NCBI GenBank assembly: GCA_964430265.1
Contig: CAYSEI010000001.1
Coordinates: 254,987 to 318,986 of the forward strand
Origin: an uncultured Pseudomonadales bacterium
Lineage (GTDB): Bacteria; Patescibacteriota; Microgenomatia; UBA1400; CAYXSR01
Reading direction: 5' to 3'
Length of the DNA stretch: 64,000 nucleotides
Of this stretch, positions 38,123-47,762 are shown piece by piece (the stretch's first letter is position 1; every line of letters starts with the position of its first letter). The notes below the pieces were generated by a model. It saw only the letters and a program-made list of their open reading frames with translations, was not told the DNA's origin and made no database searches. The translations under genes were made by a program, and so were the position numbers.

Positions 38123-39190
38123 TTACTTTAATTTATTTTTAAAATAGTCGACCCACGGAATGGGGGCCGGGTTTAAACTGTTTAGAATACTTAAGTAAAA
38201 ACTGACATAACCACCTAATTGAATTAATTGAAAAGCGTCCTCTACTTTGTCTTTACCGTTTAAGTTAATTTTTATAGTTTCGATTTTGTTTTTATTGACA
38301 ACATCTTGAGTTAATTCAAAACGCTTTTTAATTCTATCTGAATAATGGTTTGAGTTTATAAACAGAAAAGCTAAAATCTTTTTATTTGTTTCCGGATATT
38401 TTAGGCCTTCCATTAAATGATGGTTCATTTCCGGGATAAAAAAGAAGTTACTGAAATTTTTTGAATTTTCATTTGTCTGGTTGTTCCAGACGTGAATAGC
38501 TCCTCTTAAGTGTTGGGAAGCTACAAAATTTATGACTTTGCCTTTTATTTTTCCCGCTGTTTTTTTTGCTATATTTTCTGCTGTATCAGTGTTTTGCCAA
38601 TAATTTTTTTTGTTTTCTTCCAAGAAATCAACTAATTTATCTATATCTGATTCCTGAATATTCAACAATCCTGCCTTGGAAAATAAAGCTACTTGTCCAA
38701 AGACCGAATATCCGATTGCCATTCTAGGCTGACCGCATTGATTGTATTTGGGGTCAATTTGATATAAAGGAAAATTGTTTTTTTCAGCCATTTTGGCCAG
38801 TTTGCCGTTGCTGCTTATGCTTAATGCTTTCAATCCTCTTTTTACTGTTTGTTCGGTACAAGAAATAACTTCTTCGGTGTTTCCGGAATAACTTGAAAGT
38901 ACAACTAGTGTTTTTTCGTCGACCCAATTGGGTAAATAGTAATCGCGACGCAGGAAAATAGGGACCTTAAGCTGGTCAGTAAATAATGAACGGATAACAT
39001 GACCACCCAGAGATGATCCGCCCATCCCGCAGATTATTATTTTATTGACTGATTGATATTCATTTGGAACAGCAATTTTATTAACACTTTTCCATGCATG
39101 CTTAATCTGCCTAGGAAGTGCATTAACAGATTCAAGCATATTACTTTTATCTAATTCTTGAATTAATTTAAGGTTGTCAAGCTTACTCAT
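38123..39190 (-). CDS. bifunctional phosphoglucose/phosphomannose isomerase (SIS domain)
   Basis: SIS-domain motif IICGMGGSSLGGHV. At 355 aa the length fits the PGI/PMI family. Confidence 0.7.
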   Translation of the reverse strand: MSKLDNLKLIQELDKSNMLESVNALPRQIKHAWKSVNKIAVPNEYQSVNKIIICGMGGSSLGGHVIRSLFTDQLKVPIFLRRDYYLPNWVDEKTLVVLSSYSGNTEEVISCTEQTVKRGLKALSISSNGKLAKMAEKNNFPLYQIDPKYNQCGQPRMAIGYSVFGQVALFSKAGLLNIQESDIDKLVDFLEENKKNYWQNTDTAENIAKKTAGKIKGKVINFVASQHLRGAIHVWNNQTNENSKNFSNFFFIPEMNHHLMEGLKYPETNKKILAFLFINSNHYSDRIKKRFELTQDVVNKNKIETIKINLNGKDKVEDAFQLIQLGGYVSFYLSILNSLNPAPIPWVDYFKNKLK

Positions 39191-39235
39191 ATATAACCAT
39201 TGTAGGGGTTTGAGTAAAAAATTGCAACTAAAAAT

Positions 39236-40609
39236 TTACTCTTTTACCAGTTCTCCACCGAGGTCATTAATCAGTGACATAAACTCCCTTTTCCTTTGCT
39301 TTAAAATTGTTTCATTATCAGCTTCAATGTTCAAACGTAATAAGGACTGTGTATTTGATGGACGGATATTTACCCAGCTGTCGTCAAACCAGATTGAAAC
39401 ACCATCCAGCCAATCAATTTCTTTTGCGTCTTTTTGCTTGCTTTCTGCAATTTGTTTCATGACTCCTTGCTTGTCTTTAACTGCAAAATTGGTTTCATCT
39501 ATATGAGGATATATGTCAAATTCCTTAACTATCTCTGAAAGTGGTTTGTCAGACTCTGAAATTAATTCCAAGGATAAAAGCATGGCAACAAAAGCAGAGT
39601 CAGCATAAAAGTTATCCCGGAAATAGTAGTGGCCGGAATGTTCTCCAGCAAAATATGCATTGTTTTCACGCATTGCTTCCTTGATTAAAGTATGGCCTAC
39701 CCGGACACGTTTATATTTACCACCCATTTCTTTTACTATTTCGGGAACTATTCTCCCGGCAACTGCATTGTAAAGAATGTTTTCGCCCGGATGTTTTTTT
39801 AGGATTGCTTTTGCAAGCATAGCTGTGGTTACTGTGCCGGAGAGGAGTTTTCCGGTTTCATCCATTAAATACATTCTGTCACCGTCACCGTCAAAAGCAA
39901 TTCCAAAATCAGCATTTTCTTGCAAAATTTTCTTTTTTAAATCTTGGGTTGCAGAAGGTAAAATCGGATTGGGAATGTGGTTGGGAAAGTTTCCGTCAAG
40001 AGTAAAATACATAGGAATAAAGTTTACAGGTAGATATAAGGCAAATTTGGGAATTACAAACCCTGCCATTGCGTTTCCTGCATCCACAATAATTTTGAAA
40101 TCCTTAATTTTGTTCAGATCTATAAAACTCAAACAGTGTTTAACAAACTTCATACTTAAATCTTTTGTGCTTTTTTTACCAAATTCGGAAGCATCAGTAA
40201 GTTCTTGATCAGATTTAGCTATCTCCCTGAGTTCATAAATTCCACTTTCACCGGATACAGCAATAGCACCTTTTTTAACAATTTTAAATCCATTGTATTC
40301 AGGAGGATTATGTGATGCAGACACGGCAACTGCTAGGTCATAATCATATTTACCAGCTGCAAAATATGCCATATCAGTACTAATTAATCCAAGGTCAACA
40401 ACATCAACACCGGATTTAATCAGACCTTCAATCAACCCACCTGCAATTTTATCTGCACTAATTCGCATATCGTGTCCGACTGCTACTTTTTTTGGTGCAA
40501 AAAGTTTGGCAAGAGACCGACCAATTCTTACGGCTCCTTCTTCATCCAAATCTTTTGGAACAACTCCGCGGATATCATAGTCTTTAAAAATTTTGGGGTT
40601 AATATTCAT
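39236..40609 (-). CDS. phosphoglucomutase/phosphomannomutase
   Basis: Active-site loop SASHNPPEYNGFK, metal-binding DGDGDR and a four-domain layout. Confidence 0.8.
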   Translation of the reverse strand: MNINPKIFKDYDIRGVVPKDLDEEGAVRIGRSLAKLFAPKKVAVGHDMRISADKIAGGLIEGLIKSGVDVVDLGLISTDMAYFAAGKYDYDLAVAVSASHNPPEYNGFKIVKKGAIAVSGESGIYELREIAKSDQELTDASEFGKKSTKDLSMKFVKHCLSFIDLNKIKDFKIIVDAGNAMAGFVIPKFALYLPVNFIPMYFTLDGNFPNHIPNPILPSATQDLKKKILQENADFGIAFDGDGDRMYLMDETGKLLSGTVTTAMLAKAILKKHPGENILYNAVAGRIVPEIVKEMGGKYKRVRVGHTLIKEAMRENNAYFAGEHSGHYYFRDNFYADSAFVAMLLSLELISESDKPLSEIVKEFDIYPHIDETNFAVKDKQGVMKQIAESKQKDAKEIDWLDGVSIWFDDSWVNIRPSNTQSLLRLNIEADNETILKQRKREFMSLINDLGGELVKE

Positions 40610-40651
40610 TATGGCCTCCTATTTTTTATTATATATTGTATATTGTATATA

Positions 40652-41338
40652 TTACATATTTGATATGAACTGTTCAAGCTGCCATTCCAAAGGCATAATT
40701 GATCTGCCGGTTTTAATATCAATATCTATATTTAATAATATGCCATAATTTTCTTTTAATTGCTTCAAGGTAAATTTATCGGCTTGGCTGATAAATTTGT
40801 GTTTCATCCATCCAGGTCCGGAAAGTCCTTTTTTTCCCAGGTCTTTTGCAAGGATCAGCAGGCGCAACTGGCGGATTAGCATATAAAATATCTTTTCCGG
40901 TTCTTCCTCTGCCAAACATTCTTTTAATAGTAAAACGCTTTGATAATTATTATTAGGTTGTAATGATTCCAAGAATTTGAATATTGAAGCACTAAGTTTA
41001 AAAGTTTGTGTTTTCCATTTGTTAGAAAAACCCCGAAGCTTGCGGCCGTCAATTTTCTTGCCTTCCCAGACAACAATATTAGCGTCTTCATTTTTTAAAT
41101 AGTCAATTATTTGTTTTTTACGTTTTGAATCACGGGCGCTGAATAAGTTTTCAATTATTATTAATTTATCTTGGCCAAACAAAGAAGTAGCTTCACAAGC
41201 TTGCTTGATTTCAGAAAGTTCTGTTTTACTCCCTTCAAGAATTATAATTTCTTGATTTTTTTTTTGGCCTTTTTCCTTAAGTTCCTTTAAAAAATTTCTG
41301 CTCTTAACCTGGTCTTCTCCATGAATTAGGTATGCCAT
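40652..41338 (-). CDS. DNA polymerase III delta-subunit-like (short HolA)
   Basis: Start of protein IYLIHGED… and SLFGQDKLIIIENL resemble the HolA N-terminal domain. It is shorter than canonical delta. Confidence 0.45.
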   Translation of the reverse strand: MAYLIHGEDQVKSRNFLKELKEKGQKKNQEIIILEGSKTELSEIKQACEATSLFGQDKLIIIENLFSARDSKRKKQIIDYLKNEDANIVVWEGKKIDGRKLRGFSNKWKTQTFKLSASIFKFLESLQPNNNYQSVLLLKECLAEEEPEKIFYMLIRQLRLLILAKDLGKKGLSGPGWMKHKFISQADKFTLKQLKENYGILLNIDIDIKTGRSIMPLEWQLEQFISNM

Positions 41339-41586
41339 TATTTCTTATATATAGTATAGCCTGCTTTAACAGGCTGGTCCACTTTTAAACCGATTGTTTC
41401 TCCTTTTTCAGCTAACTTAATTTGTTTATGCTCCATTTGCATGGATTCTACTTCTTGTTCAAATTCTTCATCGTTATTCCTGATCCTAATTTTGTCTCCT
41501 AATGATAGATTATCTATTAGGTCAACAACAGCAACCTGTATCTTGTCATAATAATGGGAAACAGTTCCTACTTTAAAGTCAGTCAT
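41338..41586 (-). CDS. small hypothetical protein (82 aa), possible EF-Tu domain-2-like beta barrel
   Basis: ORF whose start is shared or overlapped with the neighbouring genes. Weak resemblance only. Confidence 0.35.
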   Translation of the reverse strand: MTDFKVGTVSHYYDKIQVAVVDLIDNLSLGDKIRIRNNDEEFEQEVESMQMEHKQIKLAEKGETIGLKVDQPVKAGYTIYKK

Positions 41587-42748
41587 TTTTATTCACCTCC
41601 TTATTTTGAGTATACCAAATTTGTTTAAAGTAGTTGTTGATTTTCTCTTTTATTTTTTCTTCATAAAACTCTTTGAATTTCGGTTGTTTGACACTATCTC
41701 TACCCAAGACATTTTTATCAATTTTATCCGCAATTTGAATATTATCTAATTTTGGTTTACCTGCTATTTTTTCCAATTCTTGGATTGCCAGAAAAGCAGG
41801 TTTTTTTTGACTGCCGTTTTCTATCAAAGCAAAATCGGAAAATACTGAATTATCTGCTTTTAATATAAATGGGGTAACGGCGGCAATTTTTTTATCATTC
41901 CAAACATTTTCAAAAGCAGTTTTATAATAATCAGCAACTATGTTCTGGTCTAAAAAAATCCCTTCTTTCCAACCAGTTTCGGTTATAAAAACGGGAAGAT
42001 CTTTATCTACGTATCTTCCTACAAATTTGAGTTCTTTTTGATATCCCTTAATTGAAGCCAAATGAGTATCCAAAGGTGAACCGCTAAAACCTGGATTGGG
42101 ATAAGAATGTGAATTCCAAGCATCAATATTTTCAAAAACATCGGGATGTTTATTAAACATTCTGGATACAAATCTGTTAAAAGACATAGTAGTGTTGCCG
42201 TTTGGAGCTGCCGCATCTATTCCGGCAGGCAATACATAAAAATCCTCGTTTGTATTTTTCAGAATTTTACTTGAATATTTTAATATAAAAGCATATTCTT
42301 CAGGTTTTACTTCTCCACCCCATTCATGTATATGATTGGGTTCATTGTAAACAACAACATAACGATTTTCTACTGGCCAATCCAAATCATTTAAAAAGTT
42401 TGCTGAATCCAAAGTGTCATAAAGGTCAGGTTTTTCCCAGAAGCTAGGTTGCATTGTTGTTGCCAATCGGACAATGGGAATCAAATGAAGTTTTTTGCAC
42501 TTGTCCATAAACTTCTGCCATTTAATTCTGTTTCTATCGTCCGTTCGTAAAGGAATGGTAACATATCCCCAATCACCCCCTGATGAATTAACCAGTTCTG
42601 CTGCCTGTTCCAATTCAATGGGATCAAGAATATGCACTCCCACTTTATTGTTTTCAGCTTCCAAAGGATTATGAATCCCCAAAACTTCACCAGGAAAAAA
42701 GAGATATAAAATAATTCCTGCTAATATGAGGAAAATATTTCTTTTCAT
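41579..42748 (-). CDS. secreted clan GH-A (GH5-like) glycoside hydrolase
   Basis: Signal peptide. Acid/base motif VVVYNEPNH and nucleophile motif VFITETGW lie about 110 aa apart, as in clan GH-A TIM-barrels. Confidence 0.5.
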   Translation of the reverse strand: MKRNIFLILAGIILYLFFPGEVLGIHNPLEAENNKVGVHILDPIELEQAAELVNSSGGDWGYVTIPLRTDDRNRIKWQKFMDKCKKLHLIPIVRLATTMQPSFWEKPDLYDTLDSANFLNDLDWPVENRYVVVYNEPNHIHEWGGEVKPEEYAFILKYSSKILKNTNEDFYVLPAGIDAAAPNGNTTMSFNRFVSRMFNKHPDVFENIDAWNSHSYPNPGFSGSPLDTHLASIKGYQKELKFVGRYVDKDLPVFITETGWKEGIFLDQNIVADYYKTAFENVWNDKKIAAVTPFILKADNSVFSDFALIENGSQKKPAFLAIQELEKIAGKPKLDNIQIADKIDKNVLGRDSVKQPKFKEFYEEKIKEKINNYFKQIWYTQNKEVNKND

Positions 42749-42794
42749 TGGATTACTATTTTATCATAGTTTGAAGTTGGATAAAGTAAGTTTG

Positions 42795-42866
42795 TGACCC
42801 CAACGGGAGTCGAACCCGTCTTTCTACCTTGAAAGGGTAGTGTCCTAGCCGATAGACGATGGGGCC
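42795..42866 (-). tRNA. tRNA-Glu(TTC)
   Basis: On the minus strand: acceptor ggcccca/tggggtc, anticodon stem ctacc/ggtag, loop ctttcaa, T-loop ttcgact. Confidence 0.8.
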
Positions 42867-42871
42867 AGGTA

Positions 42872-42947
42872 TGGTGAGCCCGGGAGGAATCGAACCCCCG
42901 ACCCACTGCTTAAAAGGCAGTTGCTCTACCGACTGAGCTACGGGCCC
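42872..42947 (-). tRNA. tRNA-Lys(TTT), CCA encoded
   Basis: On the minus strand: acceptor gggcccg/cgggctc, anticodon stem actgc/gcagt, loop cttttaa. The 3' end is ...cacca. Confidence 0.8.
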
Positions 42948-43018
42948 ATAACTACTATATTTTACAATAAACTTCCCAATTGTTAAATGTTTTAATTTCT
43001 GGGAAGAATTTTTAAAGC

Positions 43019-43642
43019 TTATTTCTCTTTATTTTTTTCAGATTCTTCTTTCTTCTCTTCTTTACTCTTTTTCTCTTCTTCTTTTTTTGTTTTTTTCTCT
43101 CTATCTTTCTTTTTTTCCTTATCTTTTTCTTCTTGTTCATTGGGGTTTTTGTCTTTCCCTTTTTTTGAAGTTTTAGTTTCTTTTTCAGGTTTTTTTTCTT
43201 GTTTCTTTTCGGTCTTTTCCTTGTCTTTCTCTTTTTTCTCTTCAGGTTTTTCTTTTTTATCTTTATTTTCAACTTCAGCTTCAGCTTCTGTTTCTTCTTC
43301 AATTTCCTTATCTTCTCTCAAGTCTTCTCTAATTCTTGTTGCTTTTTTTCCTGTCCTTTTGCGTAGATAATTGAGTTTTGCTCTGCGGACCTTCCCTTTT
43401 TTAGTTACTTCAATCTTTTCCAAACTTGGACATGCCAGCGGCCAGATCCTTTCAACAGGAACTCCTCCGGTAGCAATTCTACGGACAACAAAGCTTTTAT
43501 TAATTCCTTTTCCTTTGATTCCCATCACAATGCCTTCAAAAGGTTGAGTTCTGATATTCTCGCCTTCCTTAATCTTGTGAAAGACTTTAACTTTGTCGCC
43601 AACTTTAAAACTGGTTTTATTTAATTTTGCTCTAAGTGCCAT
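43019..43642 (-). CDS. rplS: 50S ribosomal protein L19 with roughly 100-aa Lys/Glu-rich C-terminal extension
   Basis: L19 core (…FKVGDKVKVFHKIKEGENIRTQPFEGIVMGIKGKGINKSFVVRRIATGGVPVERIWPL…VRRAKLNYLRKRTGKKA), then a KE-rich low-complexity tail. Start set to MALRAK. Confidence 0.8.
   Translation of the reverse strand: MALRAKLNKTSFKVGDKVKVFHKIKEGENIRTQPFEGIVMGIKGKGINKSFVVRRIATGGVPVERIWPLACPSLEKIEVTKKGKVRRAKLNYLRKRTGKKATRIREDLREDKEIEEETEAEAEVENKDKKEKPEEKKEKDKEKTEKKQEKKPEKETKTSKKGKDKNPNEQEEKDKEKKKDREKKTKKEEEKKSKEEKKEESEKNKEK
43020..43330. repeat. polypyrimidine (plus strand) / polypurine low-complexity tract, about 300 bp
   Basis: The plus strand is almost exclusively T/C, with reiterated tcttc/ttttc units. 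It encodes the KE-rich tail of L19 on the minus strand and generates spurious ORFs in other frames. Confidence 0.7.
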
Positions 43643-43668
43643 ACAGAAGTATATTTTATCATTCTCCC

Positions 43669-45324
43669 TTATTTTGCGCAAGCCTGGATAAAGGAGATAA
43701 AAATCGGATGCGGGTTTAGGGGTCTGCTCTTAAATTCCGGGTGAAACTGAACAGCAATAAAAAACGGATGCTTTTTGATTTCAACTGATTCAACAAGTTT
43801 TTTATCAGGAGAAACACCGGAAATTGTCATTCCGTGTTTTTCAAATTGTTTTGTATATTTACTGTTAAATTCATACCTGTGTCTGTGTCTTTCTATAGCT
43901 GTTAAAGGATTTCTATCTTTTATCAGATAATCTGCTTCTTTTTGGCTGTATATTTCATGTAATTTAGTTCCTTTTTTAATTACACAAGGCCAGGCACCCA
44001 AACGGATAGTTCCTCCGTACTGGTGTTTTTCAAGGTATTCTTTTTGATCAGGCATTATGTGTACAACCGGATGGGGTGTATTTTGATCCACTTCTTGCGA
44101 ATTTGCATTATCCAATCCCAAAACATTTCTGCCAAACTCAATAACGGCCATCTGCATACCAAAACATAAACCCAGGTAAGGAATCTTATTTTCTCTGGCG
44201 TACTGAACCACTTTGAGTTTTCCTTCAACTCCCCTGCTTCCCCAGCCTTGCGGTACAATAATACCGTCAACTTCGTTTAATTTCTCAAGTATTTTTGAAT
44301 TATCTTCCACTTCTTCAGTATCAATCCAAACAATTTCGGGTGAAATATCTTCATTCCAACAAGCATGTCTGATTGATTCAAGCACACAAAGATAAGTATC
44401 GGACAGAGTAAAATCACCAACGGTCTGATATTTTCCTGCCATTGCAATTTTTATTTTTCTATCGTGTTCTTTAGTTTTTTTAACAAATTTCTTCCAGTTG
44501 GTAAAATAATTGGTCTTTTTGGATTTTAAATTTAGTTTTTTAAGTATTTTTTTATCAAAATCCTGGTCTTTAAGTATTTCAGGTATTTGGTAGATATTTT
44601 CTACATAAGGGTCCGAAAAAACATTTTCAATATCTACATTACAAAATAAGGAGATACGTTCTTTTCTTTGTTTATCTAAGGGCTGTTTTGCACGGCCGAT
44701 TATAAAATCTGGTTGAATTCCCGTCTGGTTAAGTAAGCGGACAGAAGTTTGTACCGGCTTTGTCTTCATTTCTCCCAAGTTTACTGGTGTAGGTAAATAG
44801 CCAACATGAACATGAACAACCTCTTCTTTGTCTCTGATTTTCATAATTCTGTTCGCTTCTATAAAAAGGATGTTTTGATATTCGCCTACTGTGCCACCAA
44901 TCTCAATTACGACAACGTCAGCATCCATTTTATTACCTGCTTGTTTAAAGCGGCGGATCATTTCTTCGGGTACGTGAGGAACCACTTCAACGTCTTCGCC
45001 TGCATATTCAAAATTTCTTTCCCTGCGAATTACCTCCTGGTATATTTGACCGGTAGTAACGTAATTTGCGCGGGAAAGATTTTCATTTATAAAACGCTCA
45101 TAATGTCCCAGGTCCTGGTCTGACTCTATTCCGTCTTCAGTCACAAAGACTTCTCCGTGTTCTTGGGGTCTGATTGTACCAGCATCAATATTTACGTAAG
45201 GATCACACTTGATCGGTGCAACTTTTAAACCATGAGATTTTAATAGTAGACTGATAGAAGAAGTGACAATTCCCTTGCCAAGTCCTGAAATTACACCACC
45301 GGATACAAAAATATATTTAAGCAT
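43669..45324 (-). CDS. pyrG: CTP synthase
   Basis: N-terminus IFVSGGVISGLGKGI and a C-terminal glutamine amidotransferase domain (GLCFGMQ, HPEF). Confidence 0.9.
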   Translation of the reverse strand: MLKYIFVSGGVISGLGKGIVTSSISLLLKSHGLKVAPIKCDPYVNIDAGTIRPQEHGEVFVTEDGIESDQDLGHYERFINENLSRANYVTTGQIYQEVIRRERNFEYAGEDVEVVPHVPEEMIRRFKQAGNKMDADVVVIEIGGTVGEYQNILFIEANRIMKIRDKEEVVHVHVGYLPTPVNLGEMKTKPVQTSVRLLNQTGIQPDFIIGRAKQPLDKQRKERISLFCNVDIENVFSDPYVENIYQIPEILKDQDFDKKILKKLNLKSKKTNYFTNWKKFVKKTKEHDRKIKIAMAGKYQTVGDFTLSDTYLCVLESIRHACWNEDISPEIVWIDTEEVEDNSKILEKLNEVDGIIVPQGWGSRGVEGKLKVVQYARENKIPYLGLCFGMQMAVIEFGRNVLGLDNANSQEVDQNTPHPVVHIMPDQKEYLEKHQYGGTIRLGAWPCVIKKGTKLHEIYSQKEADYLIKDRNPLTAIERHRHRYEFNSKYTKQFEKHGMTISGVSPDKKLVESVEIKKHPFFIAVQFHPEFKSRPLNPHPIFISFIQACAK

Positions 45325-45332
45325 GATCTATT

Positions 45333-46223
45333 TTAACAACTTCTTATTTTTTCGGCAAGAAGCGGCGCAATAGGTAGTATATTGAGTTTTTTATACTTCT
45401 TGTCTTTTGGTTTAGTAATGGTATCGGTTACGTATAGCTTGTCAATTTGACTTTTTTCAATCTTTTCTTGTACTCCCGGTACATAAAAATGATGCGTTAA
45501 GCAGGCAACTACTTCCTTGACTTTCTGTTCTTTTAAAAAAGCAGCTGTTTTCATTAAGGTTTGTCCTGTAGAAACAAAATCATCATTGATTAATACCCTT
45601 TTCCCTTTTACCTGCTGGTTAATTCCTAGTATTTTTACTTTACCAGTTTTCAGGTCTCTCTTTTTATTAATGACTGCAATAGGCATTTCCAATGCATGTG
45701 CTAGTTTAGTGGTATTTTTTAAAGCACCAACGTCCGGACTAATGACCATTTCAATTCCGTTTTTTTTAAAAAAATCAACATAAATAGGTGTGGCTTTTAA
45801 ATGTTCTGCCGGTATGTCAAAAAAACCCAGAATAGTTTCATTATGCAAATCTACTGTCATTAATTGGTCAAGTTTGGTTGCCTGGACAATTTTTGCAATT
45901 ACTTTTGAATTTAACGGTTCTCCTTCTCGAAACACTTTATCTTGAACGCAATAGCCAAACCAAGGAATAACAGCAATAATCTTTTTTGCTCCTTTTCTCT
46001 TTAAAGCGTCTGCTATTAAACAAAATTCAATAATATACCTGTCCGGTGGATTTGAGAAGGATTGGACCACAAAACATTTTTCATCAGAAACCTTTTCTTT
46101 GACCCATACTCTGGATTCGCCATTGGGAAATTGTGATAACTCAATGTCGCCTAATTTAGTGTCCAACTGCTTAGCAATTTTTTTTGCTAAACTTTGATTT
46201 GAGGATCCGGAAAATATTTTCAT
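45333..46223 (-). CDS. prs: ribose-phosphate pyrophosphokinase
   Basis: Prs layout with the PRPP-binding loop (DDFVSTGQT) and N-terminal domain motifs. Confidence 0.85.
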   Translation of the reverse strand: MKIFSGSSNQSLAKKIAKQLDTKLGDIELSQFPNGESRVWVKEKVSDEKCFVVQSFSNPPDRYIIEFCLIADALKRKGAKKIIAVIPWFGYCVQDKVFREGEPLNSKVIAKIVQATKLDQLMTVDLHNETILGFFDIPAEHLKATPIYVDFFKKNGIEMVISPDVGALKNTTKLAHALEMPIAVINKKRDLKTGKVKILGINQQVKGKRVLINDDFVSTGQTLMKTAAFLKEQKVKEVVACLTHHFYVPGVQEKIEKSQIDKLYVTDTITKPKDKKYKKLNILPIAPLLAEKIRSC

Positions 46224-46266
46224 TTTATTCCTTTATTATATTCTTATTTTTTTATATGTAAAAATT

Positions 46267-46908
46267 TTAATTGCCCCATTTCCGAGGATTTTTATTCCAT
46301 GTTAAAACTGTTTTTTTATCTTTTTCTTTTAAAAATCCTTTTTCAACAGCTACATTGATAATTGTTTCATAGTCTGTCATGTGTATTACTTTAATTTTCT
46401 TTTCTTTAAATTTTTCTTTTGCTTCTTTAAACAAGAATGTAGTTATTGCCAAAGCATATTTAACAAATCCTTTATTTTGTCTAACTGCTTCTGCATTTTC
46501 AATTAAACTTCCACCTGTAGAAATGTGGTCTTCAATAACAAGTGTTTTTTGTCCCGGATTAATTCTTCCTTCAATCTGATTTTCTTTTCCGTGCTTTTTT
46601 TTCTTACTCCGTACATAAATCATTGGTAAATTCATTTTTTGTGCTGTAAAAGCTGCCCAAGGAATAGCTGCTGTTGAAGTTCCGGATAGCAATTGCACTT
46701 TATCTATACCTATTTTTTCTTTTATTAATTGAATATAATACCCAACTATTTTATTTCTAACTTTAGGATAAGAAATGATCAGACGGTTGTCTATATATAT
46801 TGGTGATTTAATACCGGAAGTAAATTCAAAAGGTTGATGAGGTCGTAGGCTTATTGCATTAATATCTAATAATAGTTTGGCGGTTTTATGAGCTATATTT
46901 TTCGTCAT
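46267..46908 (-). CDS. pyrE: orotate phosphoribosyltransferase
   Basis: Type I PRTase PRPP-binding motif VIEDHISTGGS. Position between pyrF and prs. Confidence 0.8.
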   Translation of the reverse strand: MTKNIAHKTAKLLLDINAISLRPHQPFEFTSGIKSPIYIDNRLIISYPKVRNKIVGYYIQLIKEKIGIDKVQLLSGTSTAAIPWAAFTAQKMNLPMIYVRSKKKKHGKENQIEGRINPGQKTLVIEDHISTGGSLIENAEAVRQNKGFVKYALAITTFLFKEAKEKFKEKKIKVIHMTDYETIINVAVEKGFLKEKDKKTVLTWNKNPRKWGN

Positions 46909-46916
46909 ATTTTCTC

Positions 46917-47762
46917 CTAATTGCGGTATTTATTAATTTTATTTTCCAATTCTTTTGTTTTTATTCTTGCAGTTTTGGCAAAATCTTTTTCTTCAGAGGC
47001 AAAAATAATGCTTCGGGACGAGTTGATAATCATACCCCTACCATTACTATCTTTTCCAGCTTTAACAGTTTTTTGAATATCTCCTCCTTGTGCTCCAATC
47101 CCTGGAATTAACAGCGGCATATTATTTACAATCTTTCTTATTTCAGCTAGTTCTTTTGGATAAGTTGCACCAACAACTAAACAACAATTACTATTTTTGT
47201 TCCAATATTTTTTTACTTGATAAGCAAGAAATTTATACAAAGGTAAATTTCCATATTCTGAGTGAATTTCAAGATCCTGAATTTTACCAGCTCCAGAGTT
47301 TGATGTTCGGCAAAGGATAATAATCCCTTTGTCTTTCATGTTTAAAAATGGAGATAAAGCTTCTTTACCCAAATACGGGTGAACAGTAACTGCATCAAAT
47401 TTAAAATATTCAAAAATAGATTTGATATATGCAAGATTAGTGTTGCCAATATCTGCTCTTTTAGCATCTACAATGGTAAGAATTTCTTTATCAACTTTCC
47501 TAATATATTCAATTGTCTTTTTTAATGCAGTCAATCCTTGATTACCTTCCGCTTCATAAAAGGCAATATTTGGCTTGTAAGCACATACCAAATCATAAGT
47601 TTGGTCAATTATCTGTTTGTTAAATTGAAAAATGATTTCTTGTTTAGATTTGTATTTGTCTTTTAAAAATGTCGGTATTTTTTCATATTTGGAGTCAAGT
47701 CCGACGCAAACACAGCTGTTTACATTTTTTATTCTCTTATCTAATTTTTGTTTGAAGTTCAT
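46917..47762 (-). CDS. pyrF: orotidine 5'-phosphate decarboxylase (type 2)
   Basis: Type-2 pattern (VGLDS…, DAKRADIGNT) and length. Adjacent to pyrE. Confidence 0.8.
   Translation of the reverse strand: MNFKQKLDKRIKNVNSCVCVGLDSKYEKIPTFLKDKYKSKQEIIFQFNKQIIDQTYDLVCAYKPNIAFYEAEGNQGLTALKKTIEYIRKVDKEILTIVDAKRADIGNTNLAYIKSIFEYFKFDAVTVHPYLGKEALSPFLNMKDKGIIILCRTSNSGAGKIQDLEIHSEYGNLPLYKFLAYQVKKYWNKNSNCCLVVGATYPKELAEIRKIVNNMPLLIPGIGAQGGDIQKTVKAGKDSNGRGMIINSSRSIIFASEEKDFAKTARIKTKELENKINKYRN

Noticed and set aside
43012-43370. ORFs 43012-43302 (-) and 43140-43370 (+), extremely K/R- or S/F-rich
   Set aside because: Frame-shifted or antisense readings of the polypyrimidine tract that encodes the L19 tail. 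They are pure low-complexity with no independent support.
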